IMG/VR virus record: IMGVR_UViG_3300042991_000725
Span: 59,632-123,631 of that record
DNA: 64,000 nucleotides
Direction: 5' to 3' (one strand)
Origin: a virus
Taxonomy: Duplodnaviria; Heunggongvirae; Uroviricota; Caudoviricetes
Positions 29,440 to 37,684 of this stretch are shown piece after piece. The translations under genes were made by a program, and so were the position numbers. Below the pieces are notes generated by a model. It was not told the DNA's origin. It searched no databases and saw only the letters and a list, made by a program, of their open reading frames with translations. Each line of letters begins with the position of its first letter. Positions within the stretch are counted from its first letter, which is position 1.

Positions 29440-29720
29440 AGCCTACCTTTCCGGGGATCTCTCCCCTGACTCTCCCCTATTCCCGCGGTATTGCGGGATT
29501 ACAGGGCACTACAGACAATAGTCTCTTCGTCTCACAGCGCCGACACTCCCACATCGGCCCCTCTCCCCTCATCCCCTTGCAACGTACAACTTCCCGCACA
29601 TTTCTATCACATACCGGGCACCTCGCATTGGAGATGACATCTCCGTTCTTCATTTTACCTTCCCGGGGATCTCTCCCCTTCATTCTCCTGTTCCCCGCGG
29701 CATGCGGGGTTGTATTCTTT
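29440..29720. repeat. two copies of a ~60-bp GC-rich element with a hairpin
   Basis: CCGGGGATCTCTCCCCT...TTCCCGCGGTATTGCGGG at ~29445 and CCGGGGATCTCTCCCCT...TCCCCGCGGCATGCGGGG at ~29658; each ends in a CCCGCGG-loop-CCGCGGG hairpin. Confidence 0.6.
29477..29683 (-). CDS. zinc-ribbon protein
   Basis: 68 aa; CPVCDR...CRRCE; flanked on both sides by copies of a GC-rich hairpin element. Confidence 0.35.
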   Translation of the reverse strand: MKGRDPREGKMKNGDVISNARCPVCDRNVREVVRCKGMRGEGPMWECRRCETKRLLSVVPCNPAIPRE

Positions 29721-30001
29721 CTTTCGCTGTCAATGATTATACCGGCTCCTCCCCCGGATTACAAGGCCTTTTTTTATTTTCATGTCGCTGTAACGTGCTT
29801 GTTGATAGTAGGTTATGACAATTCCGAAAATAGTCCATAAATTATTTCGATCTCATTGTAACCCGTTGATTGACACAAGGTTATGAGCATTTTGAATGTT
29901 GGAAGGGGGCGAAAGACAGCTTGCCATTTTCTATTTTCCGTTTTTTCGCACGTGCATATGTTGTTATACAGCAAGAGTTTACGATTTGATATGGCGTTCC
30001 T

Positions 30002-30036
30002 GGGACTATCGCCCTGGAGGGGACTATCGCCCTGGA
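30002..30036. repeat. direct repeat 2 x 17 bp (GGGACTATCGCCCTGGA), period 18
   Basis: Seen directly; followed by long G-runs (GGGGGGCGGGAGGGGCGC at 30050-30070 and GGGGGG/GGGGGGGGG at 30090-30140). Confidence 0.7.
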
Positions 30037-30497
30037 TTGTCACCACGGGGGGCGGGAGGGGCGCAATGCAATTGATAATGATTCTTGATAAGGTCTTGGG
30101 GGGTATTTCGATTTTGAGGGGGGAATGTGGGGAGAGAGGGGGGGGGTGGTCCTCCCTCAACATTTTCGATTTGCTCATTGCAACGCCGAATCTATCTGAT
30201 TATTGAGGGAAAGTGATGGGACATCTAATACATGTAGTGATAGAGTAATTGATCATATCACTTAAAATATTAAGAATCTATTTGTTTGGTCTTCTCTCAA
30301 CTCCAAGCCCTCAAGCATCGTAACATTGAAATTGTTAGTGTGCAACAAGCCTGTTAGTTTCTGGGAAAATACCGGACCCCCATCCCACCTTGTGCAACGC
30401 CTAATCCTTGGATAAATAGTCTGCGAAGCCGCCGGATCCTAACAATTATAGGCACTCATATATACTATGCCAACATTTTATAGACGAAGCGGCCACC

Positions 30498-30540
30498 CTG
30501 TCCAAAGACATACTGTCCAAAGACACACTGTCTAAGATGG
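30498..30540 (+). promoter_or_regulatory. three 15-bp-period iteron/operator-like direct repeats overlapping a start codon
   Basis: CTGTCCAAAGACA (30498), CTGTCCAAAGACA (30513), CTGTCTAAGATGG (30528). Confidence 0.45.
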
Positions 30541-30734
30541 GGGAATGTACTATTGGCTCTTTTTGCCATTTTTGCCAATGGGCAGCACCATTATTATATA
30601 GCGTGTTATATCATCTTTTGCAACGAAAACTATTTTATTTTCCCAACAGCAAATGGCGGCCTTTTCTATCTATATATATGTTGACAAATGGGCGAAAGAA
30701 GCGGAATAAGCGGAAGAAACGTTATGAGGACTTT

Positions 30735-30968
30735 ATGACTACCCTATCTACGTCTGTTATAGTAGTAGCGACTAGGCAGAATCAGGTAACTGGCAGACTT
30801 TATGGTAAATCGCATATAATGGTGGGCGACCGTACTGCTTGCAAAATTGATTTGCGCAGGGGCTATTGGAATATAAAATATGAAAAAGACATGGCGTGTA
30901 ATTGTAAAATATGCAACGACACTATTAAAGAAGTGAAAGGAGAATCAAATGCCCAAGATTCTTGGTAA
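30735..30968 (+). CDS. hypothetical protein
   Basis: Shorter version of ORF 30537..30968 starting at ATG 30735 with GAGGA SD; C-terminal CNCKIC. Confidence 0.3.
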   Translation: MTTLSTSVIVVATRQNQVTGRLYGKSHIMVGDRTACKIDLRRGYWNIKYEKDMACNCKICNDTIKEVKGESNAQDSW

Positions 30969-31059
30969 ATGCGGCAAGGCTATTGGCAAGCGGATTTGTA
31001 AGAAGTTCAAGCGGCTTTCGCGTTGTCCGAATAAGAATTGTAAGGGAAAGATGGCTTAA
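30949..31059 (+). CDS. small basic Cys-containing peptide (36 aa)
   Basis: MPKILGKCGKAIGKRICKKFKRLSRCPNKNCKGKMA; AAAGGAG SD; its 3' part shares a ~22-bp motif with 34528-34549. Confidence 0.3.
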   Translation: MPKILGKCGKAIGKRICKKFKRLSRCPNKNCKGKMA

Positions 31060-31083
31060 TAAAAATATTTTGAGGATTTATAT

Positions 31084-31401
31084 ATGATTAAGAAATTTGT
31101 TACGCTGATCGAAATTTTATTTATTGTTTCTATTTTTTTAATTATCACAAGTATGATTCTTAGAGGAATTGCAAAAAGTCTAGACAAACCTCCTTTGGGA
31201 ACCATAACGCTGTGTACAAACGAAGGATCTATTTCGCAAGAATATAAAGTAGACGCCCCATTGATAATCAGCCCTGACGGAACAGTCAATTTCAAGTCTC
31301 GCGGGAAAACAATCATTTTTAAGGGTAGTTATATTTATACAGAATACAAGGAAAATAACACTAACAAAGAAAGGGACAAAGGCCATGATCAGAGTCATTG
31401 A
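31084..31401 (+). CDS. membrane protein with prepilin-like N-terminal segment
   Basis: N-terminus MIKKFVTLIEILFIVSIFLIITSM resembles a class-III (type IV pilin) signal/hydrophobic stem (xTLIE), but lacks the canonical Gly at -1. Confidence 0.4.
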   Translation: MIKKFVTLIEILFIVSIFLIITSMILRGIAKSLDKPPLGTITLCTNEGSISQEYKVDAPLIISPDGTVNFKSRGKTIIFKGSYIYTEYKENNTNKERDKGHDQSH

Positions 31402-31510
31402 AATGATCGTATTGATGTCATGTATTGGAGTTTCAACAGCTTTTATTTATTATGCAGCGAAGTCAACCAATAACTCCAAGGAGGACAAAGGCCATGATCA
31501 GAGTCATTGA
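31385..31510 (+). CDS. small single-TM peptide (41 aa), tandem copy 1
   Basis: MIRVIEMIVLMSCIGVSTAFIYYAAKSTNNSKEDKGHDQSH; AAGGAGG SD lies inside the 3' end of the previous gene. Confidence 0.45.
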   Translation: MIRVIEMIVLMSCIGVSTAFIYYAAKSTNNSKEDKGHDQSH

Positions 31511-31604
31511 AATGGTTATATTGATGTCATGTATCGGGGTCGCGTCAGCTTTTATTTATTGTGCTATAAAGTCAAACAATAGCTCTAAGGAGAACAAAGA
31601 ATGA
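31494..31604 (+). CDS. small single-TM peptide (36 aa), tandem copy 2
   Basis: MIRVIEMVILMSCIGVASAFIYCAIKSNNSSKENKE; its stop overlaps the SPFH gene start (ATGA). Confidence 0.45.
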   Translation: MIRVIEMVILMSCIGVASAFIYCAIKSNNSSKENKE

Positions 31605-32416
31605 ATGATACTCGAAAGATCATTGGAATCAGTTGTGCATTTGTTGGTATCGTTGCCCTTCTTGTCGTTATTTTCTGCTCATGGGGTACGATTGACGCCG
31701 GACATAGGGGCGTTGTCCTAAGTATGGGCAAAGTCACGGGAGAGATAAAAGGCGAAGGATTTTATACAAAGATCCCGTGGATAGTTTCTGTTGTTGAAGC
31801 GGATATCAGGATGCAAAAAGAGCAGGTCGAAACAGAAGGTGCGAGTAAAGACTTGCAAACAGTCAAGGCTGATATTGCTTTGAATCTATCAATTGAACCT
31901 TCTAAATGCGCAGATCTTTATCAGTCAATTGGGAGGGACTATTTGGATAAATTTGTGGCCCCGTCAATGCAAGAGTCCATAAAGGCCGTTCTCGCTCAAT
32001 TTACTGCAGAAGAGCTTATTTCAAAAAGGGAGTGTGTGCGCGAATCAATGGGGAATCTTTTATCTTCCAAGCTGGCCCCTGTTGGTATCAAAACCTCTGC
32101 ACTAAATATTGTGGATCTTGATTTTAGTCCATCGTTCAATAGCGCGATTGAGGCCAAAGTCACAGCGGAACAAAACGCGCTTGCCGCAAAAAACTTATTG
32201 GCACAGAAGGAATTTGAGGCACAGCAGCTTATTGCTACGGCTAAGGGCAAGGCCGAAGCCATGCAAATTGAAAGTGCGGCGTTGGCAAAAAATCCACAGG
32301 TACTTCAACTCCGTGCTCTTGAAAAGTGGAACGGCGTTCTACCGCATGTTATGAGCGGCGATGTGGTTCCATTTATTGACATCACAGAAAAACAAGATAA
32401 TGTTATTAAGCGGTAA
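31601..32416 (+). CDS. SPFH/band-7 (prohibitin/HflC-like) membrane protein
   Basis: N-terminal TM helix, then GHRGVVLSMGKV...EGFYTKIPWI...DIRMQ SPFH signature, and a C-terminal Ala/Gln-rich coiled coil. Confidence 0.8.
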   Translation: MNDTRKIIGISCAFVGIVALLVVIFCSWGTIDAGHRGVVLSMGKVTGEIKGEGFYTKIPWIVSVVEADIRMQKEQVETEGASKDLQTVKADIALNLSIEPSKCADLYQSIGRDYLDKFVAPSMQESIKAVLAQFTAEELISKRECVRESMGNLLSSKLAPVGIKTSALNIVDLDFSPSFNSAIEAKVTAEQNALAAKNLLAQKEFEAQQLIATAKGKAEAMQIESAALAKNPQVLQLRALEKWNGVLPHVMSGDVVPFIDITEKQDNVIKR

Positions 32417-32553
32417 TTCGCAAGAGGGAATTTTGATTAAAAATCGTGGAGTGCCGCCAAACAATGGAGATTTCGCCTGTATTCTTGTTCTTATAGGGGC
32501 GCATCTCCTAATTATAGCCATAGCTTCCGTATTATATTGGGGGTTTATGTAAA

Positions 32554-32997
32554 ATGGACAAATGTTCGAATCCAAAATGCAAAAATGGATTTGTAAAGAC
32601 GTGTGTACTTGTGCATTCAGGCGGCAATTATTATGTTAAATGCGCTATTTGTAATTCTCAAAAAGAAGATGCTGATAGGAAGTTGTGTGAAAAATGTTCC
32701 CATTTCAACAAATGTGCTATGTGTATAAATCAAAGCAATCATAATGAAATTTTGTCTCGCAGCTCGTCTAAAAGCGAATATATAACAGAGGCTTGGCCAC
32801 GCTGTAGAATTGATGAATATGAAACTCTTGATCATTTGGCCTTTAAGTCCCCCCATGGAAATATTTATCAAATTAATTTTACACACCCGTTTGGTCGTTA
32901 TGGAGATTATTTGTTTGTGAAATTTAATAAAACAGGAAATTTTGCAAATGGGGCTGTAGAAAGTGTTGATATGCTAAAGATAAAGCAAATTATTTGA
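32554..32997 (+). CDS. Cys-rich hypothetical protein
   Basis: 147 aa; N-terminal CxxC x4 (CSNPKC, CAIC, CEKC, CAMC). Confidence 0.45.
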   Translation: MDKCSNPKCKNGFVKTCVLVHSGGNYYVKCAICNSQKEDADRKLCEKCSHFNKCAMCINQSNHNEILSRSSSKSEYITEAWPRCRIDEYETLDHLAFKSPHGNIYQINFTHPFGRYGDYLFVKFNKTGNFANGAVESVDMLKIKQII

Positions 32998-33021
32998 ATT
33001 TATTCTAAGGGCTGTTAAAGA

Positions 33022-34230
33022 ATGAAGTATTATAATGGAAATGACGCACTTGTAATAAAAAGTTGGTGCAATAATCCAGAAGATTCGGCCCTTGATCAAG
33101 CCAAGAATTTAGCCAAATTGCCGTTTGCTTATGGCAGTATTTGTTTGATGCCAGATACACATGCTGGTTACGGAATGCCCATAGGTGGAGTTCTCGCCAC
33201 CAAAGATGTTGTAATTCCTAATGCTGTTGGGGTAGATGTGGGATGTGGAATGTGTGTAGCAAAAACAAATTTACATGATTTATCAACGGATACTATCAAA
33301 CGTATTGTGGGAGAAATTAGAAAGGTTGTTCCGCTTGGATTTAACCATCACAAAGAGCCTCAACCAAAATCGCTGATGCCAGAAGGAGACTTGTATTATC
33401 AAGAATACTACAATAATTATTTTGATAAAATGTTTATTTGTGAAAGAAATCATGACAAGGCAAGAGAGTCTCTTGGAACGCTGGGCGGAGGCAATCATTT
33501 TATTGAGATACAAAAAGACAGCAGAGGGATTGTATGGATTATGATTCATTCTGGATCTCGTAATTTAGGCAAACAGGTTGCCGATCATTACAATAGGTTG
33601 GCGATAGAATTAAATGAATCATATTATAGCAATGTTCCAAAAGAATGGCAATTGGCTTTTTTGCCTATAAATTTTGAAGAAGGCGAAAAATATATACAGG
33701 AAATGGATTATTGCGTCAAGTACGCCAAGGCTAATAGAAAGTTGATGATGACAAGAATAATGCAGTGTTTTGTTGATATTATTCCTGATTGCTTATTTTC
33801 TTCTATTGACGGGAACACTGTTCTTGATGTTGTTCATAATTATGCTAGAATGGAAAATCATTTCGGACACAATTTAATGGTTCATCGAAAAGGTGCTACT
33901 TCTGCAAGAAAAGACGAATATGGGATTATACCGGGATCACAAGGGACTGCGAGCTATATAGTCAAGGGGCTTGGCAATCCAGATAGTTTCATGTCTTGTT
34001 CCCATGGCGCTGGCCGTAAAATGGGCAGGAAAGAAGCCAAGCGAACCCTTAATTTGGATTCAGAAAAGAAGAAGCTTGACGATTTGGGAATTGTCCACGG
34101 CATACGCAGCGTTGACGATTTAGAAGAGGCTTGTAGTGCATATAAAGATATTGATGTGGTTATGGAAGAGCAAAAAGATCTTGTGGAAATCGTTGAGCGT
34201 CTTAAACCTCTTGGCCTTATTAAGGGATAA
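33022..34230 (+). CDS. rtcB: RNA-splicing ligase RtcB (3'-phosphate/5'-OH RNA ligase)
   Basis: 402 aa; CLMPDTHAGYGMPIGGV, GGGNHFIEIQ, IHSGSRNLGKQ and CSHGAGRKM match the RtcB metal/GTP-binding motifs. Confidence 0.85.
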   Translation: MKYYNGNDALVIKSWCNNPEDSALDQAKNLAKLPFAYGSICLMPDTHAGYGMPIGGVLATKDVVIPNAVGVDVGCGMCVAKTNLHDLSTDTIKRIVGEIRKVVPLGFNHHKEPQPKSLMPEGDLYYQEYYNNYFDKMFICERNHDKARESLGTLGGGNHFIEIQKDSRGIVWIMIHSGSRNLGKQVADHYNRLAIELNESYYSNVPKEWQLAFLPINFEEGEKYIQEMDYCVKYAKANRKLMMTRIMQCFVDIIPDCLFSSIDGNTVLDVVHNYARMENHFGHNLMVHRKGATSARKDEYGIIPGSQGTASYIVKGLGNPDSFMSCSHGAGRKMGRKEAKRTLNLDSEKKKLDDLGIVHGIRSVDDLEEACSAYKDIDVVMEEQKDLVEIVERLKPLGLIKG

Positions 34231-34233
34231 ATA

Positions 34234-34473
34234 ATGAAAGCCTACGTTTCGCTTATTATTCTTTTAGACGACGACTACAGTGAGGCCACAAAAAAAATGA
34301 CAGTAGAGCAGAACAGTAGGATTTATGAATCAGAAGCTTGTGTTTTTGAAGATGACGAAATTGAAACTATGATAAAGACTATGCAAAAAATGGCGTCTGA
34401 TGCCTTGAATGTAGCAAAAGAAGAGGCTGGATTTAGGGAGCAAGAAAGATTAAATCATCTTGGGTTGATATAA
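34234..34473 (+). CDS. hypothetical acidic protein
   Basis: 79-aa ORF starting 4 nt after the rtcB stop. Confidence 0.4.
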   Translation: MKAYVSLIILLDDDYSEATKKMTVEQNSRIYESEACVFEDDEIETMIKTMQKMASDALNVAKEEAGFREQERLNHLGLI

Positions 34474-34600
34474 AATATTATCGGTATGCGGATTTATAAG
34501 AAGTCCAAGCGTAATATGCGGCGCTCGGATAAGAATTGCAAGGAAAAGAGCAAATGGAGCTTCTGTCTATGTCAATGATATGTGTTAAGGATAAGTCCCT

Positions 34601-35422
34601 TTGATGGTTATGGAGAATCCAAATAGCTTATCCACCAAATGTGTTTTCCGAGACGATGAATCTGGCATTTGGCTTTATCAGACCAATTGCATTGAATTTA
34701 TGGATATACTTGCTGCTAAATTCCCTGAAGGCAAGTTCGATATGATTTTTGCCGATCCGCCATATTTTTTATCTAACGGAGGGTTTACCTGCCACACGGG
34801 GAAGATGGTGGCGGTCAATAAGGGGGAATGGGATAAATCCAATGGACCGGAGATGAATCATAAATTTAATATGGAGTGGCTTTCAAGGTGCCAGAATGTT
34901 CTAAAACCAAATGGAACCTTATGGGTGTCTGGGACACACCATGTGATCCATTCTGTAGGTCATGCCATGCAACAACTGGGGATGAAAATCCTTAATAACA
35001 TTACTTGGTTGAAACCAAATCCGCCTCCGAACCTTTCTTGCCGCTATTTTACTCATTCTACGGAAACAATAATCTGGGCTGCGAAAACAGAAAAATCAAA
35101 GCATTGTTTCAATTATGGAGAAATGCGTGAAAGCAATAATGGCAAACAGATGAAATCCGTATGGTCTTTCTCTGTGCCTAACAAAAAGGAAAAGGAATTT
35201 GGGAAACATCCTACTCAAAAGCCGATTGCTCTCTTAGAAAGAATTATCCTATCATCAACGAGTGAAGGCAATTTAATCTTTGATCCTTTTGCAGGCAGTT
35301 CTACTACTGGTGTATCAGCAATACAAACACATCGTAAATTTGTAGGGACGGAACTTAAAACAGAATTTATCAATCTGTCTATTGCTCGATTAAAACATGC
35401 GATAGGTATCCGCGAAAGATAA
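34601..35422 (+). CDS. DNA N6-adenine/N4-cytosine methyltransferase (beta-class amino-MTase)
   Basis: DMIFADPPY (motif IV) precedes the C-terminal FDPFAGSSTTG (motif I), the beta-class order. Confidence 0.8.
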   Translation: MMVMENPNSLSTKCVFRDDESGIWLYQTNCIEFMDILAAKFPEGKFDMIFADPPYFLSNGGFTCHTGKMVAVNKGEWDKSNGPEMNHKFNMEWLSRCQNVLKPNGTLWVSGTHHVIHSVGHAMQQLGMKILNNITWLKPNPPPNLSCRYFTHSTETIIWAAKTEKSKHCFNYGEMRESNNGKQMKSVWSFSVPNKKEKEFGKHPTQKPIALLERIILSSTSEGNLIFDPFAGSSTTGVSAIQTHRKFVGTELKTEFINLSIARLKHAIGIRER

Positions 35423-35514
35423 CGCAATACCCAGGGATCAAGCATGATAATGCAGAACCACGACCCGTAGCTAATCAATGGATGTTACGACGATAGTAAA
35501 AGGAATGATTCATC

Positions 35515-36189
35515 ATGAACACTGGAAAAGGCAAGTCTATAATAACGAATTTTGGATGTGATAAGTCGTGTCATTATTGTATTTGGAAATATTCACAACT
35601 GAGGAATTACAAAACTACAATAGACAATACAGACTGGGAAAAGCTATCGAAGTTCATAAAGGGCTCGGATAGCATAAGTATTTCTGGTGGCGGCGACCCT
35701 CTTTATAATATTGACGGAAATTGGGCATGGTTCAAGGAGTTCTTTACCAGGGCTAAATCCTATCATGTCAAACTTCACACCGCAGTTATTTTGCCACAAG
35801 ACAAAAGTTTTTATTATGGTAGCTTTAATAAGATTGCACTGCATCTGAATTATAAAGAATTCAAACACAATCTTGACAGGGTTTTTTCTCTACATGAGAA
35901 TATTAGGCTAGTTTTCGTATTGTCGGAGAACGATTTGTCCAAGAACAGGGTAAGTGAGATATGCGAAATATGTGCTGATAAGTCTGTTCAGTTAAGTTTT
36001 AGAGAATTGTTTATCCCTGATAAGACAAAGTCTAGATTGCAGAGTGTGCTTGAAATTAATACGAAGGAAATAGTTAAGAGCAAATACAGTTCTTTCGCCA
36101 AATTTGTCGAACAGGCCGACTATAATATTTATTATATGCCAGACAATTCTATAAGAACAAAATTTTTGGAGAATGCCCATGCAATTTAA
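35515..36189 (+). CDS. QueE-like radical SAM protein (7-carboxy-7-deazaguanine synthase family, B. subtilis type)
   Basis: 224 aa; FGCDKSCHYC (cf. QueE GCDYSCSWC) and ISISGGGDPL (cf. VTISGGNP SAM-binding loop). Confidence 0.5.
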   Translation: MNTGKGKSIITNFGCDKSCHYCIWKYSQLRNYKTTIDNTDWEKLSKFIKGSDSISISGGGDPLYNIDGNWAWFKEFFTRAKSYHVKLHTAVILPQDKSFYYGSFNKIALHLNYKEFKHNLDRVFSLHENIRLVFVLSENDLSKNRVSEICEICADKSVQLSFRELFIPDKTKSRLQSVLEINTKEIVKSKYSSFAKFVEQADYNIYYMPDNSIRTKFLENAHAI

Positions 36190-37165
36190 GAATGCTTTTT
36201 ATCTCCCAAGCGGTAGGGTATTTTTGCTTGATTGTGACGGATTTCCTGTTGAATGTACAGAAATGAGAGATGTTACTGTCGGTGGGAAGGACCATGAAGA
36301 AGTACGAACATCTAACGACCCGCATGTGATTTGGAATCACTTAAAGCCATATAATGAAAAATGGCTGCTTACAGTATCTACGCAGAAGGGCTGCCCACAT
36401 AAATGCAAGTTTTGTGATGTCGCAGGGCTTGGCTTTAGCGGCAATTTAACTGTTGAACAAATCTTGGAGCAAGTTTCTTTCATCCTGGATGCTTCTCCGT
36501 ATGTGCAAAATTGCTCTAAAGTCAAAATAGGATTTGCTAGAATGGGAGAGCCGTCACATAATTTGACAAATGTTCTTAATGCCATGAAGATGCTACCATC
36601 AATCTCTTCTAGCAAAAGTAGAGTTTTCACATGGCTGCCATGCTTTAATAGTATTCTGCCCAAGAAAACAATAGATGGACGGTCAGCATACGATGTGATA
36701 GAAAGAGTTTTAGCTATGAAGGATTGGTATAATGGATTCCTCCACTTCCAAATCTCGGCAAATTCTACAGACGAGAATATTAGGAAGCAGCTTTTCGGTG
36801 GTGCCGATGTCTTGGGCTTGGAAGAAATTGTCAAATATATCAATGGAAAGTCGATTACTAATAGGACAATTACGCTGAATTTTATAGTAATAGATGGAGT
36901 CCCTATTGATGTAAAATATCTAAAGAGTATTGGCGTTAATGGCAGCAAATTTAACATTAAGCTGATCCCATTAAACAATACGGAGCGCGGGATCATCAAT
37001 AACTTGAAGACATATGCCAATTATACCAATTATGATAAACTGATTGATTTGGGAGATGAAATACGGAAGGAAGGCATTCCTGTTGTCGTAGATGCTATAG
37101 CAAAATGTGAAGAGGCCGGGTTATGTTGCGGACAGTTGGCTCATATATATGCGAAAAATAATTAA
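36173..37165 (+). CDS. RlmN/Cfr-family radical SAM RNA methyltransferase
   Basis: STQKGCPHKCKFCDVAGLGFSGNLTVEQILEQV parallels RlmN [33 protein letters not shown]; C-terminal CCGQLA parallels the RlmN ACGQLAG (second catalytic Cys). Confidence 0.7.
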   Translation: MPMQFKNAFYLPSGRVFLLDCDGFPVECTEMRDVTVGGKDHEEVRTSNDPHVIWNHLKPYNEKWLLTVSTQKGCPHKCKFCDVAGLGFSGNLTVEQILEQVSFILDASPYVQNCSKVKIGFARMGEPSHNLTNVLNAMKMLPSISSSKSRVFTWLPCFNSILPKKTIDGRSAYDVIERVLAMKDWYNGFLHFQISANSTDENIRKQLFGGADVLGLEEIVKYINGKSITNRTITLNFIVIDGVPIDVKYLKSIGVNGSKFNIKLIPLNNTERGIINNLKTYANYTNYDKLIDLGDEIRKEGIPVVVDAIAKCEEAGLCCGQLAHIYAKNN

Positions 37166-37174
37166 TTTTTTCTA

Positions 37175-37202
37175 TTGACAAAATCTGGTTTAGGTGTATA
37201 CT
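37175..37202 (+). promoter_or_regulatory. sigma70-type promoter (TTGACA-16-TATACT)
   Basis: TTGACA at 37175-37180 and TATACT at 37197-37202. Confidence 0.55.
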
Positions 37203-37208
37203 AATAAT

Positions 37209-37409
37209 AGCTTCTTACTCTTTTATAGGGGTGCGCTTTCCGTGAGATTGAAGCAATCCATATTTACCTATCTCGATATGGCCATTACGTCCCCCGGACT
37301 AGGGGAACGAACATGGTCAGTCCATCGAAATTTGGGTAGGAGAGTGATGGTGGGCTGAGGAAAACGGGAAAACCGAATTCCTCAACTCACCCACGAAAGT
37401 GGGTTTTTT
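37209..37409 (+). ncRNA. candidate ~200-nt structured small RNA / tRNA-operon leader
   Basis: No ORF; bounded by the promoter above and an intrinsic terminator. Internal hairpin CCCCGGACTAGGGG and long-range pairing CCTATCTCGATATGG / CCATCGA...GGTAGG. Confidence 0.4.
37386..37409 (+). terminator. rho-independent terminator
   Basis: CACCCACGAAAGTGGG + TTTTTTG. Confidence 0.6.
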
Positions 37410-37428
37410 GTTTGTAGTAAAAAATCGT

Positions 37429-37504
37429 TCTGGGGTAGCTCAGCTGGTAGAGCGACGGACTGTTAATCCGTTTGTCGCAGGTTCAAATCCTGCTCCCAGA
37501 GCCA
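37429..37504 (+). tRNA. tRNA-Asn (GUU)
   Basis: Acceptor TCTGGGG/TCCCAGA, anticodon loop CU-GUU-AA, T-arm GGTTCAAATCC, CCA encoded. Confidence 0.8.
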
Positions 37505-37511
37505 AAATTAT

Positions 37512-37583
37512 CAGGGTGTGGGCCAATGGCTGGCCACCAGTCTTGGGCACTGGGTCATGCAGGTTCGACTCCTGTCACCCTGA
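37512..37583 (+). tRNA. tRNA-Pro (UGG)
   Basis: Acceptor CAGGGTG/CACCCTG, anticodon stem CCAGT/ACTGG, loop CU-UGG-GC. Confidence 0.75.
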
Positions 37584-37595
37584 TTTAATATGTGC

Positions 37596-37666
37596 GTCCC
37601 TGTGATCTAATGGCAGGATACCAGATTTTCAGTCTGGGTGCAAGGGTTCGATCCCCTTCAGGGATA
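37596..37666 (+). tRNA. tRNA-Glu (UUC)
   Basis: Acceptor GTCCCTG/CAGGGAT, anticodon loop UU-UUC-AG; D-arm TCTAATGGCAGGA homologous to bacterial tRNA-Glu. Confidence 0.75.
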
Positions 37667-37684
37667 TTTGTTCTTTGAAAATGT

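Noticed and set aside
29813-30206. ORFs 29813..30178 (-) and 29883..30206 (+) in the G-rich tract
   Set aside because: Pro/Gly-rich low-complexity translations of poly-G/poly-C sequence; no RBS; the region is better explained as a non-coding repeat hub.
37209-37409. tmRNA, SRP RNA or RNase P identity for the structured RNA
   Set aside because: No tRNA-like domain (no GGTTCGAATCC T-arm or CCA acceptor pairing), no SRP domain-IV motif, and it is far too short for RNase P RNA.
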